64,000 nt of DNA from Azolla caroliniana (lineage: Eukaryota > Plantae > Polypodiophyta), in NCBI GenBank assembly GCA_043228905.1, contig JBHGNT010000007.1, forward strand, positions 2,728,001 to 2,792,000, in the 5' to 3' direction. The notes beneath the pieces are model-generated. The model saw only the letters and a list, made by a program, of their open reading frames with translations. It was not told where the DNA came from and made no database searches. Shown here piece by piece: positions 13,248 through 32,034 of the stretch (within the stretch, counting starts at the first letter, position 1; each line of letters opens with the position of its first letter). The translations under genes were made by a program, and so were the position numbers.

Positions 13248-13561
13248 TAGGAATCGACAACAATTCGGTTTCAACTTAATCGGTTTGGCCATGTCTAAAC
13301 CAAACCGGTTAAGCTTAAACCGGTTTGGGGTTTCCAAACCTGAACTGAACCAATTCCTAAACCGGTTGAGCCAAGCCGATTAAGCCTTAACCGGCTCGGT
13401 AACCGGTTTAGGTTTAACTGTTTTGAGCAATCCCAAACTGAGATGAAACCAGTTAAGGGAGCACTCAAGCCTAAACCGAACCGAATCGCCAAATCGCCTA
13501 TTGCGTTTTAAAGGGTTTGGAGGTTCGGTTTAGGCTTGAGCCGAGCCATTGCCGATAGCTA
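13248..13561. mobile_element. Degenerate non-autonomous hAT-type MITE
   Basis: Imperfect TIRs TAGGAATCGACAAC / reverse complement TAGCTATCGGCAAT (10/14). Flanking 8-mers GAATTACC (13240-13247) and GAATCACC (13562-13569), 7/8 match. Interior rich in AAACCG/CGGTTT motifs. Confidence 0.65.
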
Positions 13562-13804
13562 GAATCACCTCAAAATTTGAATGAATGCCAGGGGTATATT
13601 TGTGTGTAATTTTAGAAAACTGAAAATATGAAGGGGGAGAAAAAAAAAACACACAGAGAAGTACAAACTGAAGTGAATTGGCATTTAGGGTTGGGAAGGG
13701 TTTTAGGGTTAAGACAGTCGCAGGATCGATGGCCTCAGCTTCCATGGCTTCTCTGCCACATTGTCTTCCTTCGCAAGCCTACCCCGTCAAAGCTCAGATC
13801 AACC

Positions 13805-16800
13805 ATGCTTTCTGCTTTTGATCGAACCAAAGTTTCTGATTCAATGGTTGATATTTCTACTTCAACCACTTCTTCTTCTTCTTCTTGCCAGAACGTTCAG
13901 GTTCACACCCATCTTTCTTCTGTTGAGATCGAGACTACTGCTGGATTTAGATCTCCGGTTACCCCTGCTCTTCGCAAAGACGCCGAAGGAAATCCATGGA
14001 AGAAATCGTCAGGCGACGCAGAAGAAGCAAAGGGAAACCTTTCTTTCGATCTCTGTGGCATTGAGGAAGGGGAAGTCGCAGAAGAAGAAGAAGAAGGAGA
14101 AGGAGAAGAAAAGGAGAGATCAACCGATGTACCGAGAGAAGAAAAAGGAGGAGAAGGTGGAGATAGAGATGGTCTAGAAGCTCTTGTTCAAGTTAATGGA
14201 AGGTCTTCTTGTCAGAAAGAGTCAATTTCGATTGGTGATTTGGCCAAGAAAGCACGTCTTCGGGTGAAGAGAGTAAGACGCTCAGCAAAACCTAATCTTT
14301 TAGAGAAACGAGTTACTAATTCAGCAGAAGTGCAAGAAATTAGGGCGTCTGAACCTGAAAGTAGACATGATCTGCATCAGAAATCACTGTCCGCAGCAAA
14401 GCTTTATACTTCAGAGAAACATGTCACTGTGCCAGCACAAGTCAATGAAATTAGGATTTCTGAAACTAATGGTATGCATAATGTTGATCAGAAATCACAA
14501 TGTATTACTAAATCTAATTCCTTAGAGGAACAAGTCGCTGCTTTAGCAGAAGCAAAGGAGATTAGGATTTCTGAACCGGAAAAGAAGCAGCAGTTTGATC
14601 AGATATCATTAAAGTCTAGGTTTTCCAATGTGTCATCTAGTTTAAATGGAATACAGGATCCTTCACAGAAGACAGGAGAGGCAAGTTACCAGTCATCTAT
14701 ACATGATCAATCAACTTCAGGCACACTGATTCCTTTATCTCTCAAGGAGAAAATTCTGCGAAAATCCGCTCAAAGTAGAGTGAAATATGCAGAACATACT
14801 GTGGAGAGTGTTAAATTTGATGAATTGAAAGGAAGTTGTCACGAAACTGTAGCTAAAGTTGAGCTGTCATTATCAAATCATAAAAATGCTCTGGTCTCTG
14901 AATCATCAAGACTGGCTGAGTTACGAAGAGATCAGTGTATTTCTCAGATTGCAAAACTAGAGAATGCCGCATGTACAGTGAATGGGCATATGAATGATAA
15001 TTTCCTTACAGAGGAGAACACCAGTAACCGCATAGATAATGATCATTCATCTGAAGATTGTTCTGAGAACAAAATTAAGAATTTTGAAGATGATCAGTGT
15101 TTATCTAGAGTTTATACACGGAGAGAAGTTTCTATGCATCAGAGATCTCAAGAAAGTATGCATGGTTACTCTGCACCTCACCATGATGCGTCTACCTATG
15201 ATATAGCAAGACAGTGCACAAGAGAGTATACAGTGATGGAAAACGAGTTTCCAGATGAACCTCCAGGATTTAGTCTTGCTAAAGCTCAAGATAGGGGTTC
15301 TGATAGTGTCCCGAATGACACTAGTGACATGAGAGCACTAGAGAATATTCCAGACATGTATGATCACCAAGTGAGACACTCTGGAATTGGGTATGGTGTA
15401 GTAAACCAGAATGCAGGTTCACACTTAAGGCAAGGTCAAAGTTTCTTTAAATTTAAACCTAGAAATCCATTTAACTGCGACCCTGGAAGAGAGGATTATT
15501 TCCCACATAATGTACCATCTGTGCTGTATGATGAAAGCGGTAAGATTTCTGATGATTTGTATTATGTATTGGTGATAAAGATATATTATTTTCTTTGTTA
15601 AAGTGTTTTGCTTATCAAATGTGGCTTGTTCTGAACGGGGATAATTTGGAATGCAGGGAAAACATCTGAACAGGGAAGGGAGAATGAAGGTGAGCAATTT
15701 GCTGGTCAGTATATTGGGCCTGAGGGCAGATTAACAGAAAACAACCCTTCTGCATATGGGAATGAATGCCATAAACCTCATGAATATGTAATAACTTATG
15801 ATAATCAATGCAGCGAACATTGTGAGTATGATATGGCTTATGATAAGCAAGGCTATGAAGCACAGGATTATTCAATGGGTTACCATATTCAGCATCATAA
15901 TATGCACGAGTATGGAATGAGTTATCATAATCAACACAACAATCAGAGACAAGACTGTGACTCACTATTGCCTAATTCAGGATGTACTCCATTCAATCAT
16001 TCAATACAGCTGAATTGGAGATGGTCATCAGATGTTGGTTCAGTGGTACCGAATAATCGTATCAAGATTGTGAAGGAAAGATCAATTTTTGTGGGTTGCA
16101 TACCAGATGGTATTGAAAACTTGGATCTACTTCTACGGGGTTTGATGGAACAATTTCTTGAAAGATTTGATTTTGCTCCTATCAGGCTGGGTCAGGTACA
16201 AATTATTAAAACTGTAAAAGATTTTGCGTTCATAGAATTAGCAGCAGACAAAGTTGCCCAGATTGTTCTTTCAGTCAATCAGCTAGATGTATTTGAATGG
16301 GGAGTAAATGGATATCACTTTAACGTTCAAGGCTGTACTGCAACCTACACCTCTGTGAGGCCAATGATTGAATATATGCCATTAAGACCAGCGAGAGTGA
16401 TTTTTGTGGGCAATATCCCAAAGTTTCGCTGGCAAAAGGACTATCTTGAGGGTTATTTCACCAAGATTTTGCAAGGCTCTGATGGACCTACTGATTTCAA
16501 GTATGTTTCATCCGTTTATCTTCTTCCGGAATCCAGTGATGCCTATTTAGAGATGACATGTGAATTGATGGCTGATGCACTCATGTTTAAATGCACGAAA
16601 ATTCCTGAATTCGTAAGGGAGATCGGACCTGATGTGTTCCTTTGTCGAGATATGAGATCTGTTCCTCTTATGTCCAGACACAAAGGCACAATATGCCCAC
16701 AGCGTTCTCTTTATGTTGAAGTAACGCCCGGTGGAGTGGAGTTCAAGATTGATTCTGTGATGAAAGTGTTTGGTGAGGTTTTACCTTTCATTGCCAGAAA

Positions 16801-18196
16801 CAGCAATCAACGAGGATATCTGGAGTATGTAAACGTTCAGCCAGGAAAGGATTATGCTTTTTTCCAGTTCAACACAGAGGCATTTGTGGATGCTATTATG
16901 GATGAATACATTGAGAACACACAAATTTTTGTGTGCAGAGATAGTAATGTACCATATACTATACTTCGCCCTCCAGGCTATGTGCGTCCAGGAGCAATGT
17001 ATGGTTCAGAAATATTAAACCCTCATCCTTTTGTACCTGAAGTTGCAGATACAGAGAGACCAAGCAGAGCGAAAAGTGTATCTTTAGATCCATCTACAAA
17101 TATTGGTTTGACTTTAAGAAGATTTGGAGATGAACCAACAAAGAAACCAGATTGTATTATATCTGTTGGTGCTTCACCAGTGCCTTTGGCAATATGGAAT
17201 GAACTATCTGCAGGGCTGCACTCAGACGAGCGAGATTGCATGATTCTTATTGATGGTCTTCCTCAAGGATATAGCTATAGACTGATTCATGGAACCTTGA
17301 ATGAGTTGTTTGAGAGATCTTTGTCTCATACTGGACTCCTTGAAGTTCAAATGCTTGTTGTGAGATATCTTGACTACGATGGGAATTTTGGTGTGGCTAC
17401 TCTACCCAATGCAGAGTTTGTATCTGCGTTGCTATCCATGAGAAACGTGTTTGTTGTAGCTGGAGAAGAGATTAGATTGCTACCTTATGATACAAGAAGA
17501 AGTTTCCAATTGAAAGGTAATCCTGTTGACTTATCTGGTGGCCATTGTGAATTATCTTCCTTGAGTGATGAAGACTCTCAAGGAAGGACTGTCGTTCAAA
17601 ACTCTGGTGAGTATAATCCTGATCTCACAGGGCAATGTGAGCAAGGATACTCAGAAATAGATCGTTCATATCCCCCGGGATATGATACTGTTGATAGACA
17701 ATTTAATCTTGAAGATGCAACTGATGATTGGTGTCAAAGTGAAACTTGGAGTGCTCCATCACATGATGGCTTTAGAAATAGGGAAAGCTCACAATGGGAC
17801 AATGCAAAAGCTCAAAGTCGGAGATGGAATCCACATGTAACCTCCGTAAGACCCTTTCGAAAAACATCAGAAGAACTATATTGTGAAGGGAATAATCCAA
17901 GAGTCCGAGTTCCTCATATTCAGAAGTACGGTTCTGAACCCTACAACAACGCTATAAGAGGGCAAGAAAGTGGATCAAGACTAAGAAAGAAGTGTCCAGA
18001 TGAAGGCTTCCGAATAATGAATAGGGAAGGCAATACTAGAATGTTTCAGCAAGTGCGTAGCCCTTCCATATCTGAGAAAGAAGGATTAGTTGAACTGGGA
18101 AGGAAAAGGAAACCATCAGATATTGTACAAGGTATCCCAGTGAACATGAATGGGTTAAACCAAAGAAAAATAAGGTATCACTCACACTTTCCATGA
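13805..18196 (+). CDS. Large (~1424 aa) putative RNA-binding protein: disordered N-terminus, four RRM-like domains; exons 13805-15539 and 15657-18196
   Basis: Two long ORFs joined in frame by a phase-1 GT..AG intron (G|GTAAGA at 15540, TGCAG at 15656). RNP2/RNP1-like motifs RSIFVGCIP..KDFAFIEL, RVIFVGNIP..DAYLEM, RSLYVEV..KDYAFFQF, MILIDGLP..NFGVATL. Start codon uncertain (in-frame ATG also at 13628). Confidence 0.8.
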
Positions 18197-21073
18197 TAGT
18201 GATAGTCAAATGGCTTTTCCTAATTCTCATCCGATAGGTCCTCTAAGAGTCCATGGTAAGCGTTTCTTATTTGCGTTTCCTACAGGTAAGTAAACATAGC
18301 TCATGTTGTATAGATGTTTGTTGACTTCTACTTCTTTTTGGTGCATGATTGTAAGCATAGCTTGTTTTGGGCCTCATAAGGTGATTTGGCCTTCTATATT
18401 CTAGCTTTGTATAGCCCATCAAAACATATATATACTGTCTCATATTTTAGGGCATCACTATGGTCCTCAAAATAATTTACTTTGATTATACAGAAATCCC
18501 ACTTTATACAGGGAATTTATTTCAGGATCTGATTTACATAAATGGGTCCAATTGACTCAATACTAAAGCAAATGGACATTTGTGATTAGAAGTAATTGAT
18601 ACTTCTTTTTAATAGCAAAGAACAACATAGCAGAACCAGACAGTTGTTAACTACTGGCCTTTAGAAAACTGTAGACTTGTGATTCATCTGACAATTTAGT
18701 TTTTATCTGTAATAAATTTTTCAAATTAAACTGGATCAGATCTTAAAAGTTTTTGGCAAAGTTAATCTAGACTTTTGGCTGCCTCAATCTTCTTGTTATC
18801 GTAGTGATGTATATTTATGACCTTACATCCTTGAAAGCTTTGGTTGAGAGCCTTAATGTGATCTAATATACTTGTGCAATCATTAAATATGACTTTTTTA
18901 TTAAATTCTAACTTGTATATAAACTATAGATGGCATTGCAAAGCATCCGTCAATATTTCAGAAGTGGATTAGTAAAGCTTGGTCATAAAACCATGAGAAA
19001 TGCATTGTCTCAAACATATTGTGAAGTCTACATCACTTAAAATTTGACGAAACAGAACATCCGAAAGGTATATGATCTGAGCTAGTGTATTGCTTTCAAA
19101 GAAAGGTTTTGCGCTGGCGGATTATATCACCTTCATGCTCTTGATGGCTTGGGCTCTGACGGTCTAAATATTCTCATCTGCTTAAAATGTTGTGAGATTT
19201 CCACCATTCCCTAGTATTTTTCCTTACCTATGTGTATTGTTAGTGGACTTGCATTGCACAACTATGCTGGGACTGAATTTGATGATGAGAAAACTTGTCC
19301 TGGAACCAATTTTTGTATTGGCATTCAAACTTGCACTAGAATACACACTGCTTGTGATTCTAAGTAAAAAAGACTAATAAATAGTGATACATGTCCAAAT
19401 TTTATCAGAAACAATAAATGAAAAAGATCACAACAAATTCCTAGCGTTCATGCTAATATTTGCAAATAAGATGGCACATCTGCAGATACACCATTTGATC
19501 TAAACTACCCAAACTTCTAGTTTAAGCTCAATCAACTATGAACTCACATTTATCAACACTGAACAAAACATTTAAGTAAAATTAACAAATATCCCTTTTA
19601 GGAGCATCATATGTTAGGTTAAGGGGTAGTATGGATGACATCTCTACCAGTTGACAGCTCCTAAAAGATGAGTATCCCAAACAGCTCTAATTTCATATTG
19701 AACAACAAAGTAAATTTTGTACAGCTCTACCTGTTGGCTGGGATCCTAATGGGGGGACATGAAGCATCATGGTAAATATTTATATTTATATGATGAATGG
19801 TGGATAGGAAACCTGATAATTATAAACCTGTTTCCTTCATCTCAGGATGGAATGACACTGTTTACTAGTTGTGGCTAAGTTTCCTACATAAAGCAATTGA
19901 AGTCATGACCAGTGTTTATTTAAACTAACAATGTCAACCAGGATTCTCTCCTAGTGAAACATTGTCTCAAGTTACTACAATTAATAGAAGGTAATCTTCA
20001 TGCAATCTTCTATGCAATTGATGACATTAATAGTCGTGAGTAATTTTAACTCGGCTCCTAGTCTTTCTTTGTCCTTAATATTGTGATAGATATGTATATT
20101 TTTTTTAATTGTATTCCCTTGTCAGGGTTTGACACTGAGTGACTTTCTTATGTAATTAGCAAAAATTAGAAGGTATCTATGTAATATGACTTGCACAATG
20201 CAACATTCAGACAAAATTGAATGAGTGGCAACCCAGGGATAATTAATGGGGAGAGGTAACTCAAATGGTATGATAAGATGTTTTCAATAAGTCCCTATGA
20301 CTTTGAGGTGTGAAGAGTTGATTACGTACATATGAGACTTCAGGAGGTATTTAATATAAATATAAAAACATCATTACAAGAAACATTTCAGTCAACTCAA
20401 CTCATGTTGATTTATTGTAGCAAAATTTACCCTTGAACGTGCATGTGAACAACCTGAGGCTTGAGAATACATTTAGCAACATTATGATGTCTCCCATGAA
20501 TACTCACCATTATGAGTCATCTGAGTTATATGTTTCATGCTAGCAAAGTTGAAGAAGAAATTGGTAGATAATAAGTGCAATCATCATGAGGCGAGAATAT
20601 AACTCTTCTATAGACCTAGAGCTTACATTGACTACATGAAAAGGAAGAAAATTCATATCAAAGATTTAATCTATCACCGTCACAAATATTTTTGCTCTAC
20701 CATAGGAAATTTTATGATTGATAAAATTCCTCCCTGGAAAAGCTTTACAATGAATTCATTGTATTAACATATACTCCATAAATCCAAAATTTACTCAATT
20801 TGTCCAATATGTATTTCATGCTTATCATTCATTAGTTAATGGCATTGCAATTTTAATGAAAAGATTAAATGCCCGATATATACTACCATAAATGCCGAAG
20901 CTTCTTGATTACTATACCTAATATTGACCGTCAATGAGAAACCACACTTACGCATGTTGTTATCAATACATAAACAGATGATTGTGGCAATCAACCTTGA
21001 CAAAAAGATTGCAAATATCATCTCCAATATTTTCCATGCTCTCCATTACCCCATATTGGCACTGGTTCCAAAG

Positions 21074-22153
21074 CTACGAAATACATTCTTCTAGGAATTT
21101 TGCAAGCTGCTCACTGTATTTCTCAGGGAAGTTTCGAAAATGGTCCACATGGGGAGAATATTTGAAGTCACAAGACCTCACCAGGCGTCCAATCTTCCTC
21201 TGTTCTTCGATAAAAGCTTTAATCAATCCAACCGGTATCACCTTATCGAAACTACTATACATATACAAATGTGGGCAAGATACTGGTTGCTCGTGTGCTA
21301 TCACGAACTCAAGTTCATTCAACCTTTTTTTGACACAAGGTACTTTGAGAAACAAGGAGAAGAACTTCTCTAGCATTGTGAGCAAAACAACCTCCTTCAA
21401 ATTGGGCTTTTTTATTAACACACCACCATATCCCAATTCATCCGAAGCTGTATTGTATTCATTGCAATAGGTTGAAATACTTTGTTTCTTTAAGAAAGCT
21501 GCAAAAAAACCTGATGCCCAAACTCGAGGATCCAGTTTAACACATGGAGCGGAATCCACAATACACCCTTTAATCTTCTTAACAAAATCATCACATTCTC
21601 CTTTTGCAATAATCCTCTCAAGCATAACACCATACATGAGCCAACCAGTATTACTGAATATGTGGAAAATTATCTGCTTTGATCCATTTCCTTGCTTCTC
21701 TGCATCATCTTGTGGTGATGATTTAAGCCATTTGAACATATCTTTGCTGAGAAGATCCGCATATTTTGCAGTATTATAGAAAGCTCTGGGACTCAAAAGG
21801 TCTTTTGTAGGGAGGATGAAAGTAATTGCTTTTATTCCTCTTGATGTGTACCAATCTGCATATTTCTTCAAGTGTTTCTGCTCTGCCCCAAGCCATCCAA
21901 GCAAAACAACTAATGTGCAAGATGCTTTCTGTGTGATGGTGCGATCAAATGGATGCTTTGAGGCATGGATCTCATGATGCCATGAATGGAGTCTATGGCA
22001 AAAAAGGATATCCTGGCAAGTATCCGGCATAGGAATCGCATACAGGTGAGCATACAGATGATGAAGAAGATATCGAGAACCTCGCAAAATACCAGAACTT
22101 GAAGGTGCGAATGTGGTACATCTGAGCTTTCCCTGCAAAGACGCTGTGTACAT
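21074..22153 (-). CDS. TMEM53: TMEM53/DUF829 alpha/beta-hydrolase-fold protein, single exon
   Basis: Family motifs VVLLGWLGAEQKHLKKYADWYTSRG, FHIFSNTGWL, GCIVDSAP, LYMYSSFDKVIP, SPHVDHFR. First ATG of the frame at 22153; 5' end uncertain. Confidence 0.85.
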   Translation of the reverse strand: MYTASLQGKLRCTTFAPSSSGILRGSRYLLHHLYAHLYAIPMPDTCQDILFCHRLHSWHHEIHASKHPFDRTITQKASCTLVVLLGWLGAEQKHLKKYADWYTSRGIKAITFILPTKDLLSPRAFYNTAKYADLLSKDMFKWLKSSPQDDAEKQGNGSKQIIFHIFSNTGWLMYGVMLERIIAKGECDDFVKKIKGCIVDSAPCVKLDPRVWASGFFAAFLKKQSISTYCNEYNTASDELGYGGVLIKKPNLKEVVLLTMLEKFFSLFLKVPCVKKRLNELEFVIAHEQPVSCPHLYMYSSFDKVIPVGLIKAFIEEQRKIGRLVRSCDFKYSPHVDHFRNFPEKYSEQLAKFLEECIS

Positions 22154-24585
22154 TTTCAATGTTAGGGCCAAAGAACCACATCTTTAGACGGTAACGGGTG
22201 AGGGTAATGGTGATGATGATGGAAAGCGATAATGGTGAAGCTTTGCAAATGATGATGTTGGAAAATCCATGTCATTATTATTATGAATCTAAATTTATGT
22301 TGGCAGAAGTTAAGATGTGACTCCATAACCATGACGGGTAATGAATATTGCAGACGATCTTGACGGAAAGAATGAAGCAGATTCAAAATAAAACGACGAT
22401 GGTGATGGTGACGATGATTACCTACAGCCTTATTGGAGAATATAAACCTTTTTTGAATGGTGATGGACATCGGCACCATAGAAGCTTCTCCTTGTACAGA
22501 GAAGACGATGAAGAGAAACCTTATTTCTCTAGAAGATTTTCGTTTTTCTTTGTTTTTTTTTGAAATATGGGACCAGGAGTGCTTTCTCTGCAATAGCTTT
22601 TCCGATTAGGAGGAGCAGCACCACCACAGTTGTAGATTGCACTCCAGCTATTTTTTGCCATGTCGCATGGCATATCTGTAGCTTTTGGAGAATCTAGTTG
22701 AGCGAACGCACTCACCACCACATCTGCATGCATAGCTTGATTCGAGAAACTTCATTGTATCCTCGGATCATTCTGGAGTTCATTCCCAACGTGTGTCATC
22801 TGTTCATTTTCTGATTCACCAAGCTTGATTCGAGAATCTTGACCCAATCCTCGAATCATTCATTCTTTGAATTCATTCCCAATGTGTATCATCCGATGAT
22901 TACCCCACTCACTAATTGTATCGTATGGCCGACAGTAGATAAGCCATGGCCATAACAGAGCAGTGGTAAGATCCTTGTGATGTAAATTGTGTTTTGATGT
23001 AAGATCCTTCCATAAAAGCAACTATTTGATGCTACCTTTCATCTATAGCATATAATGTTTACAATCATTGTGCACAAATACACCACTACTGCGTGTATTC
23101 ATGGACATGAAGCGCTAAGGTTCTTGAATCTGTGACTTTACCCAGCCTAGCATACACAAACCTTGTATAATAAATAGGTGTGCCATTCCAGAATTCAAAA
23201 ATCCTGAAAAGCTGATGAATTTCATGAAGCATTGAAGATTAAAATGTAGAAACACAACTATCTCAAATCCAATTCATCCTCATTGACTTGTCTAATTGGA
23301 TATGTGAAGTTGCCACTTGCCTTAGTGATGACTTACAAAACAGTTGCCACCATAATTTCTGAGATTCATGTCAAGTTTCGAACCTTCTATTTGTCTCCAT
23401 TCAACCAAATTTATATATCCATGATCCATATTTGATGTCTCATGTACTTGGAGTAATAACATTACCATAATATCGAGGATGATAATTCCATTGGCCAATA
23501 ACTAGATCATCCCCAACAATTTAAGTCCTCACCTGAACTACACATGGGGATCATGTAGCTTTCGCATATATGGTTTACATGATGTTTTACTGTAACCTGA
23601 TTGTTACAAGTATGTTATAGAACATATACATACATCTAGGATAAATGCCCAGTACATCAAACTGAATAGGTTTATCAGTTTATGATAATGTGAGAGGGCC
23701 ACAATTCTCTAATGATCTGGATGGTGCAATGATAAAGTTCTAGGTCAACACTAAGCTTCAGATTTTTCTCTCTTAAAAACATGGTAAATGAGAGTTCCAA
23801 ATAAATACTATGCTTGATATTTGTTAATAGGACCTTTAATTAAGAATGTTAATCAATTTCAAAATCCTTATCGACATACACTTCACCACTCACATACATG
23901 TGATGTGGACTTCACAATACCATCCCACTCTCCACAATATACCTTTAACAGAATTACGTATATTATTATATCTTTGCAAAGTATAATAGCTGAACCATGA
24001 ACTAAGAAGTTCAGATTGACAAGGTCATTTCCAAAATAGACACAGGATGTCCTTCAATCAAATTCATGCCTTGTTTAAATATTTTAAACTTCCATACATA
24101 TTACATTTGTTGAATCAAACTGAAGACTCCCAATAAAATTTAGGCCTTTTAGTAAGCTTTTAGCATAGGGAGTAAGTACATAAAATACCTGTCAACAATG
24201 TACCACATGAATAATGCCACCAACCACCAGAAAACAGTTGACAGCCAGGCATTTGCAACGTTATATATATACAAAGAACGTCAGAGCTAAGTATTACGCT
24301 TAAAATTGTTGAGAAAGTGATTGTTTGTAAAGCATTCAGGCATCTCCCACAACTCAATATAGGAAGTCGAGCAAAATATAGTTCCATTTCAGACATCGAG
24401 AAGCCATTTTTATGCTACAAGTACATGACACTCTTTGTATTTGGCCAATCAACTTCAGCATATGGGTATAAGTTCAAACTGATGGCATTCATTGTGGACA
24501 TATTACTGAAGACTGATCAACACTCTTTCAGATTGTCTAATCAGTCCATGGTTAGCAGTGCCATGGTCTTCTTTTCTTCACTATT

Positions 24586-29643
<5,058 letters not shown>

Positions 29644-30699
29644 GGCCTTGTTGTTCTGCACCGCAGGGACGAGAGGAAACCCTAAAAATACACAGAGCGC
29701 GACAAGAGAGAGAGAAAGAGAAAACGAAAGGGGGGAGAAGCAGAAGAAGAAGAAGAAGAAGAGCTTTTCGTTTTAATTAACAAAACCAGAAACTACAATA
29801 TAAATTGGCTTTTTAGTGTTCCAAATTTATTCTGCATTTATATATATACATATATATTCCTAAAGTACCCCTATCTTTTCTATATTTCCCGATAATGCCC
29901 TTTTCTTTCTTTAAATAATAATAATAATAATAATAATAAATCTATTTTTTTATTTTTTTTGTATTTCGATGATTGGGTAGACACCCTATTTTATTGTACA
30001 CCAATTTGTCTCATGGGCCAAATTTTGGCCTTAGAAGACGTTAATATACATTTCTTTCTTTTCTTTCTTTCACTCTTTTATTTCCCCAAATACCCCTACC
30101 CTTTTCTACATATATTTCCTGAATGCCCCTTTCTCTCTTTTTTATATCCCCAAATGCCCCTATATTTTTTTTTCTTTGCAAATGTCTCTTGGTCACCCCT
30201 TATCCCCTGTTGGCTGTGGGAACTTTAAAATGACCTCTTCCCTTCGGGTGTTGCTCAAGACAAAAGGCCACCTGATCACTCCAGTTATATAGACCACAAC
30301 CGTACCAATTTGCTTTTTCTGATTTCCTAATTTATGTGTGCCCAAAATTTACCTAGCAAAAAGGTTTGAGGTTCCATTTCGTCGAACTAAAGAGGTGCCG
30401 CAAACAAACACAAGGAATAACGTTATCAATTCATCACCTTTTCCTCGAGCATGCACGTTCTTTTGGCAATCATAGAGTCAAATCGTCCACTTTTTCTTCT
30501 TGCTGCAAAACTAAGGGCATTTTCTAGGGGAAAAAAATAAAATGTCGAGGGCACAAGTGAAATAAATAAAATCTCGGGGGCATTTCGCCCCCTCCACTCT
30601 CAAACAACTATGGCACATGTTCATCCCCGTTTTATTCCATTATAGTTATCCTTTTCAACAAACTCTCTCCTCAATTCATCTCCATTTTCTCTCGTGCTC

Positions 30700-31340
30700 A
30701 CTAATAACATTGTTCACCTATCTAGAATTTATCAACTCATAACCTCACATCTCAATTCAAAGAAGCATACCATACACATGTTGCACGTAACATCACTATA
30801 CTTACCCAAAACAATGCTTATCCCATCATCGCATGTCAAAAAATCTTTTAACGATATGAGGATTTGTAAGACCAACTCAATTTTGTCAACCCAATGATAA
30901 TAATGTATAGTGTGTGCCCATTGTGATGGCTTTAAGTTTCCATAAACAATGCCACAATATCATTATTGATTCCAAGGCCAGTGAATTTGTCCTAGCCATT
31001 CACCATAAATATCATTGTTGTAATAATGCTCCCAATAAGATAGTGCATATTCTTTGATGTTCAAATCAACATGCACAATATTGCAATAATGGATTCAACC
31101 ACTTTACCACATGAGCTTATAGAGCTCAACATTGGAGAATTTGTAGAGTTTTTTAACCACAAGTGTTTATAACCAAACATGGGGTACTCAACAAGTTTGG
31201 GCAAATAAGCATAGCCCTAGGCTTGATTCCAATATCAATTCCGAAGATTGTATACCTCTCGGTTGTTTGTAGTATTCTCCCATCTCATCATTTTCTCATC
31301 AATCAATCCATTTGACATGTGGGAGGAGTAACAAGTTTAT
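30700..31340 (-). mobile_element. Highly decayed hAT transposase remnant
   Basis: Frameshifted - strand reading near 30790-30900 resembles the hAT segment W..IELVLQI...R..DGDK...G..Y. By-eye similarity only. Confidence 0.35.
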
Positions 31341-31343
31341 ATC

Positions 31344-32034
31344 TAGCAATGGGCCCAATTTCAACTCAAACCGAACTGAACCGCTGTAAACCGTGGCTTA
31401 AAAGTTTATTGGTTCAAAGATAAATAAACCGTTTGGTTTGGTTTCAAATGTTATGATTCGGTTTGGTTTCGGTTCAATTCGGTTTTGAATTTCATGGTTT
31501 AGAGGTTTATCGATTTCGGTTTAAAGGTTAAAAAATATTCTTAAATTTTCATCTCTAGGCTCTAACTTTCAACTTTTAATTTTAAACCTCTAAGCTCTAA
31601 CTTATTAAATTTTATATGCATTATAAGTAGAGACTCTTTTGATGTATGATTATCAAATTTATGATAAGTATGATGACCAAATTTATAATATTTACAATGA
31701 CCAAATTTATGACAAGTATAATGACCAAATTTATAATAAGTGTGATAACCAAATTTATGATAAGTATGATGACCAAATTTATAATATTTACAATGACCAA
31801 ATTTATGACGAGTCTAATGACCAAATTTATAATAAGTGTGATAACCAAATTTATGATAAGTATGATGACCAAATTTATGACAAGTCTAATGACCAAATTT
31901 ATAATAAGTGTGATAACCAAATTTATGATGATTTTCTTACACAAATTTATAATATGTATGATAATCAATATCTCTAAAAATGGTTTGGTTTGGTTTGAAG
32001 GCCAAGAAACCGAACCGAACCGGGCCCATTGCTA
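31344..32034. mobile_element. Non-autonomous hAT element carrying an internal 24-bp satellite
   Basis: Perfect 13-bp TIR TAGCAATGGGCCC / GGGCCCATTGCTA. Perfect 8-bp TSD TTTATATC (31336-31343, 32035-32042). AACCG subterminal motifs. Confidence 0.92.
31645..31970. repeat. 24-bp tandem array, ~13 units, with a 96-bp higher-order period
   Basis: Unit CAAATTTATRAY..; translated units cycle YDKYDD / YNIYND / YDKYND / YNKCDN. Confidence 0.9.
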
